A stretch of DNA of 64,000 bases. It comes from Veleropilina oligotropha (taxonomy: Eukaryota). Positions 62,709 to 64,000 of this stretch are shown one piece after another. The stretch lies in assembly GCA_048128005.1 (NCBI GenBank), contig JBEUKZ010000054.1, positions 868,001-932,000 of the forward strand, read 5' to 3'. The position numbers and the translations under genes were made by a program. The notes under the pieces were generated by a model. The model did no database searches. It saw only the letters and a list, made by a program, of their open reading frames with translations, and was not told the origin of the DNA. How positions within the stretch are numbered: the stretch's first letter is position 1; each line of letters begins with the position of its first letter.

Positions 62709-62924
62709 GTTATTACTGCAGCATCGCCAACGAGCCGATGGTCTCGTATCTGCCCTACCCCTGCCCGGCTGGCTCCTTTTGCCCAAATGGCACCAAGTTT
62801 TCGACGGAGTACGGCTGCCCACAGGGGACCTATAATGTGTATACGCTTCTGGAACGTGAAGATCAGTGCACACAATGTGACCCTGGCCAATATTGCGACT
62901 CCGTTGGTCAAACGGCTGTTACAA
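62709..62924 (+). CDS. Cys-rich repeat protein, exon l
   Basis: TTGTAG|GT ... A|GTAAGA. Confidence 0.88.
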
Positions 62925-63251
62925 GTAAGATTAGATTTATCCATATAAGTTAATATTAAAATTGGACACAATTAAAAAAATTTAATTTCTGTATATAGGT
63001 GTATATATGCGTTATATATGTAAATTACCGTTGAACAATTGTATGGGGTAATATGCTGTTGTCATCATTTTGCGGTCACCTCAGCAGAGATTTCTTGCGT
63101 GTGCTGTACAGTAAACAAAAACAGACGTTGAAGATCACGTCGAGGGAGTGGACTAAGGAGTTTTGAATTTTTTGTTTTAAGCTTTATAGTTATGGTCAAA
63201 ATTGCCTTCACAGGAGGCGGTTGACATCATACTCATTCGTTGTTATTTCAG

Positions 63252-63501
63252 ATCCCTGTAATGCGCGTTACTGGTGCATTTTGGGAGCTCAGACGGCAGA
63301 ACCGACTGATGGACTGACTGGACGCGCCTGTCCGGAGGGTCAGTACTGCCCCCAGGGGACTGCGGCCCCTGTACCGTGCCCTGTGGGGACATCATCCAAT
63401 AGTACGGGCCTGGGAGCATCGAGCGACTGTCCAGCATGCACCGGCGGCTTCTACTGCGACCAAACCGGATCAGTGGAGCCGACTGGATCATGTTCAGCAA
63501 G
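63252..63501 (+). CDS. Cys-rich repeat protein, exon m (gene probably continues past the window)
   Basis: TTTCAG|AT ... AG|GTACCA; PCNARYWC...CTGGFYC. Confidence 0.85.
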
Positions 63502-63598
63502 GTACCAATCATTTCGTCAAGCAAATGAATTATGTAGGAGATGCGCAATTGTACAGATAATTTTATGTTTAATATGATTGTATATAATATTTTCTTCA

Positions 63599-64000
63599 TT
63601 TTTGGCTCGCATGCAACGCAGATGCGAGCCTATGTAATGATGATGTACGTACGTCCGTCCGTCCGGCCCGCCGTCCGCAGTGAATGTTAAAGTTTTTCAA
63701 TCATGCTATATAGGCAACCCTGTGCTCTCTTGATCATAATATTATTGTAGATATATCTATTCCCATGTTGCACAACACTACACAAGTAATATTGAATGTA
63801 ATTTAAATAAAATTTTGCTTCAAAATGCTGCTTTTGGACTTAGAAATTTTGAATGTTAAAGTTTTTCAATAGTGCTATATAGGCAAACATGTGCACTCTT
63901 TATCTTCGTTTTATATGACATATGGCTACTCCAATGTTGCACGGCACTATAACAGTAACATGGGATATTATTTAAATCAAATTTTACCTCAAAGTGCTAC
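63599..64000 (+). mobile_element. 5' part of a HINE-like element
   Basis: T-run, hairpin GGCTCGCAT..ATGCGAGCC, (GTCC)n, start of internal repeats. Confidence 0.6.

Overview
AT-rich eukaryotic genomic DNA, probably from an invertebrate animal; the taxon cannot be fixed from the sequence. One large + strand gene crosses the window. I traced 13 internal exons (19247-63501, about 5.65 kb, about 1,880 codons, all GT-AG and phase-compatible) encoding tandem Cys-rich CPxGxYC repeats of the GCC2/GCC3 (Ephrin_rec_like) type; its start and stop are not seen. The upstream region and introns are packed with transposons: an intron-containing Ginger1-type integrase element with an OTU-like tail, a four- to five-level nest of non-autonomous DNA transposons, a pogo/Passer-type DD35D transposon split by a MITE, a decayed Tx1/L1-type LINE, a 5'-truncated L2-type LINE, many Helentron/DINE-1-like (HINE) elements, and an apparently intact DIRS1-like tyrosine-recombinase retrotransposon. 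Two observations stand out. (1) A 31-copy tandem array of the gene's own branch point, 3' splice site and exon start, where only the last copy leads into the open frame. (2) In the DIRS element, gag and the YR ORF share one frame separated by a single TAG, with pol overlapping in another frame. Family assignments come from motif recognition, not database searches; coordinates were counted by hand.
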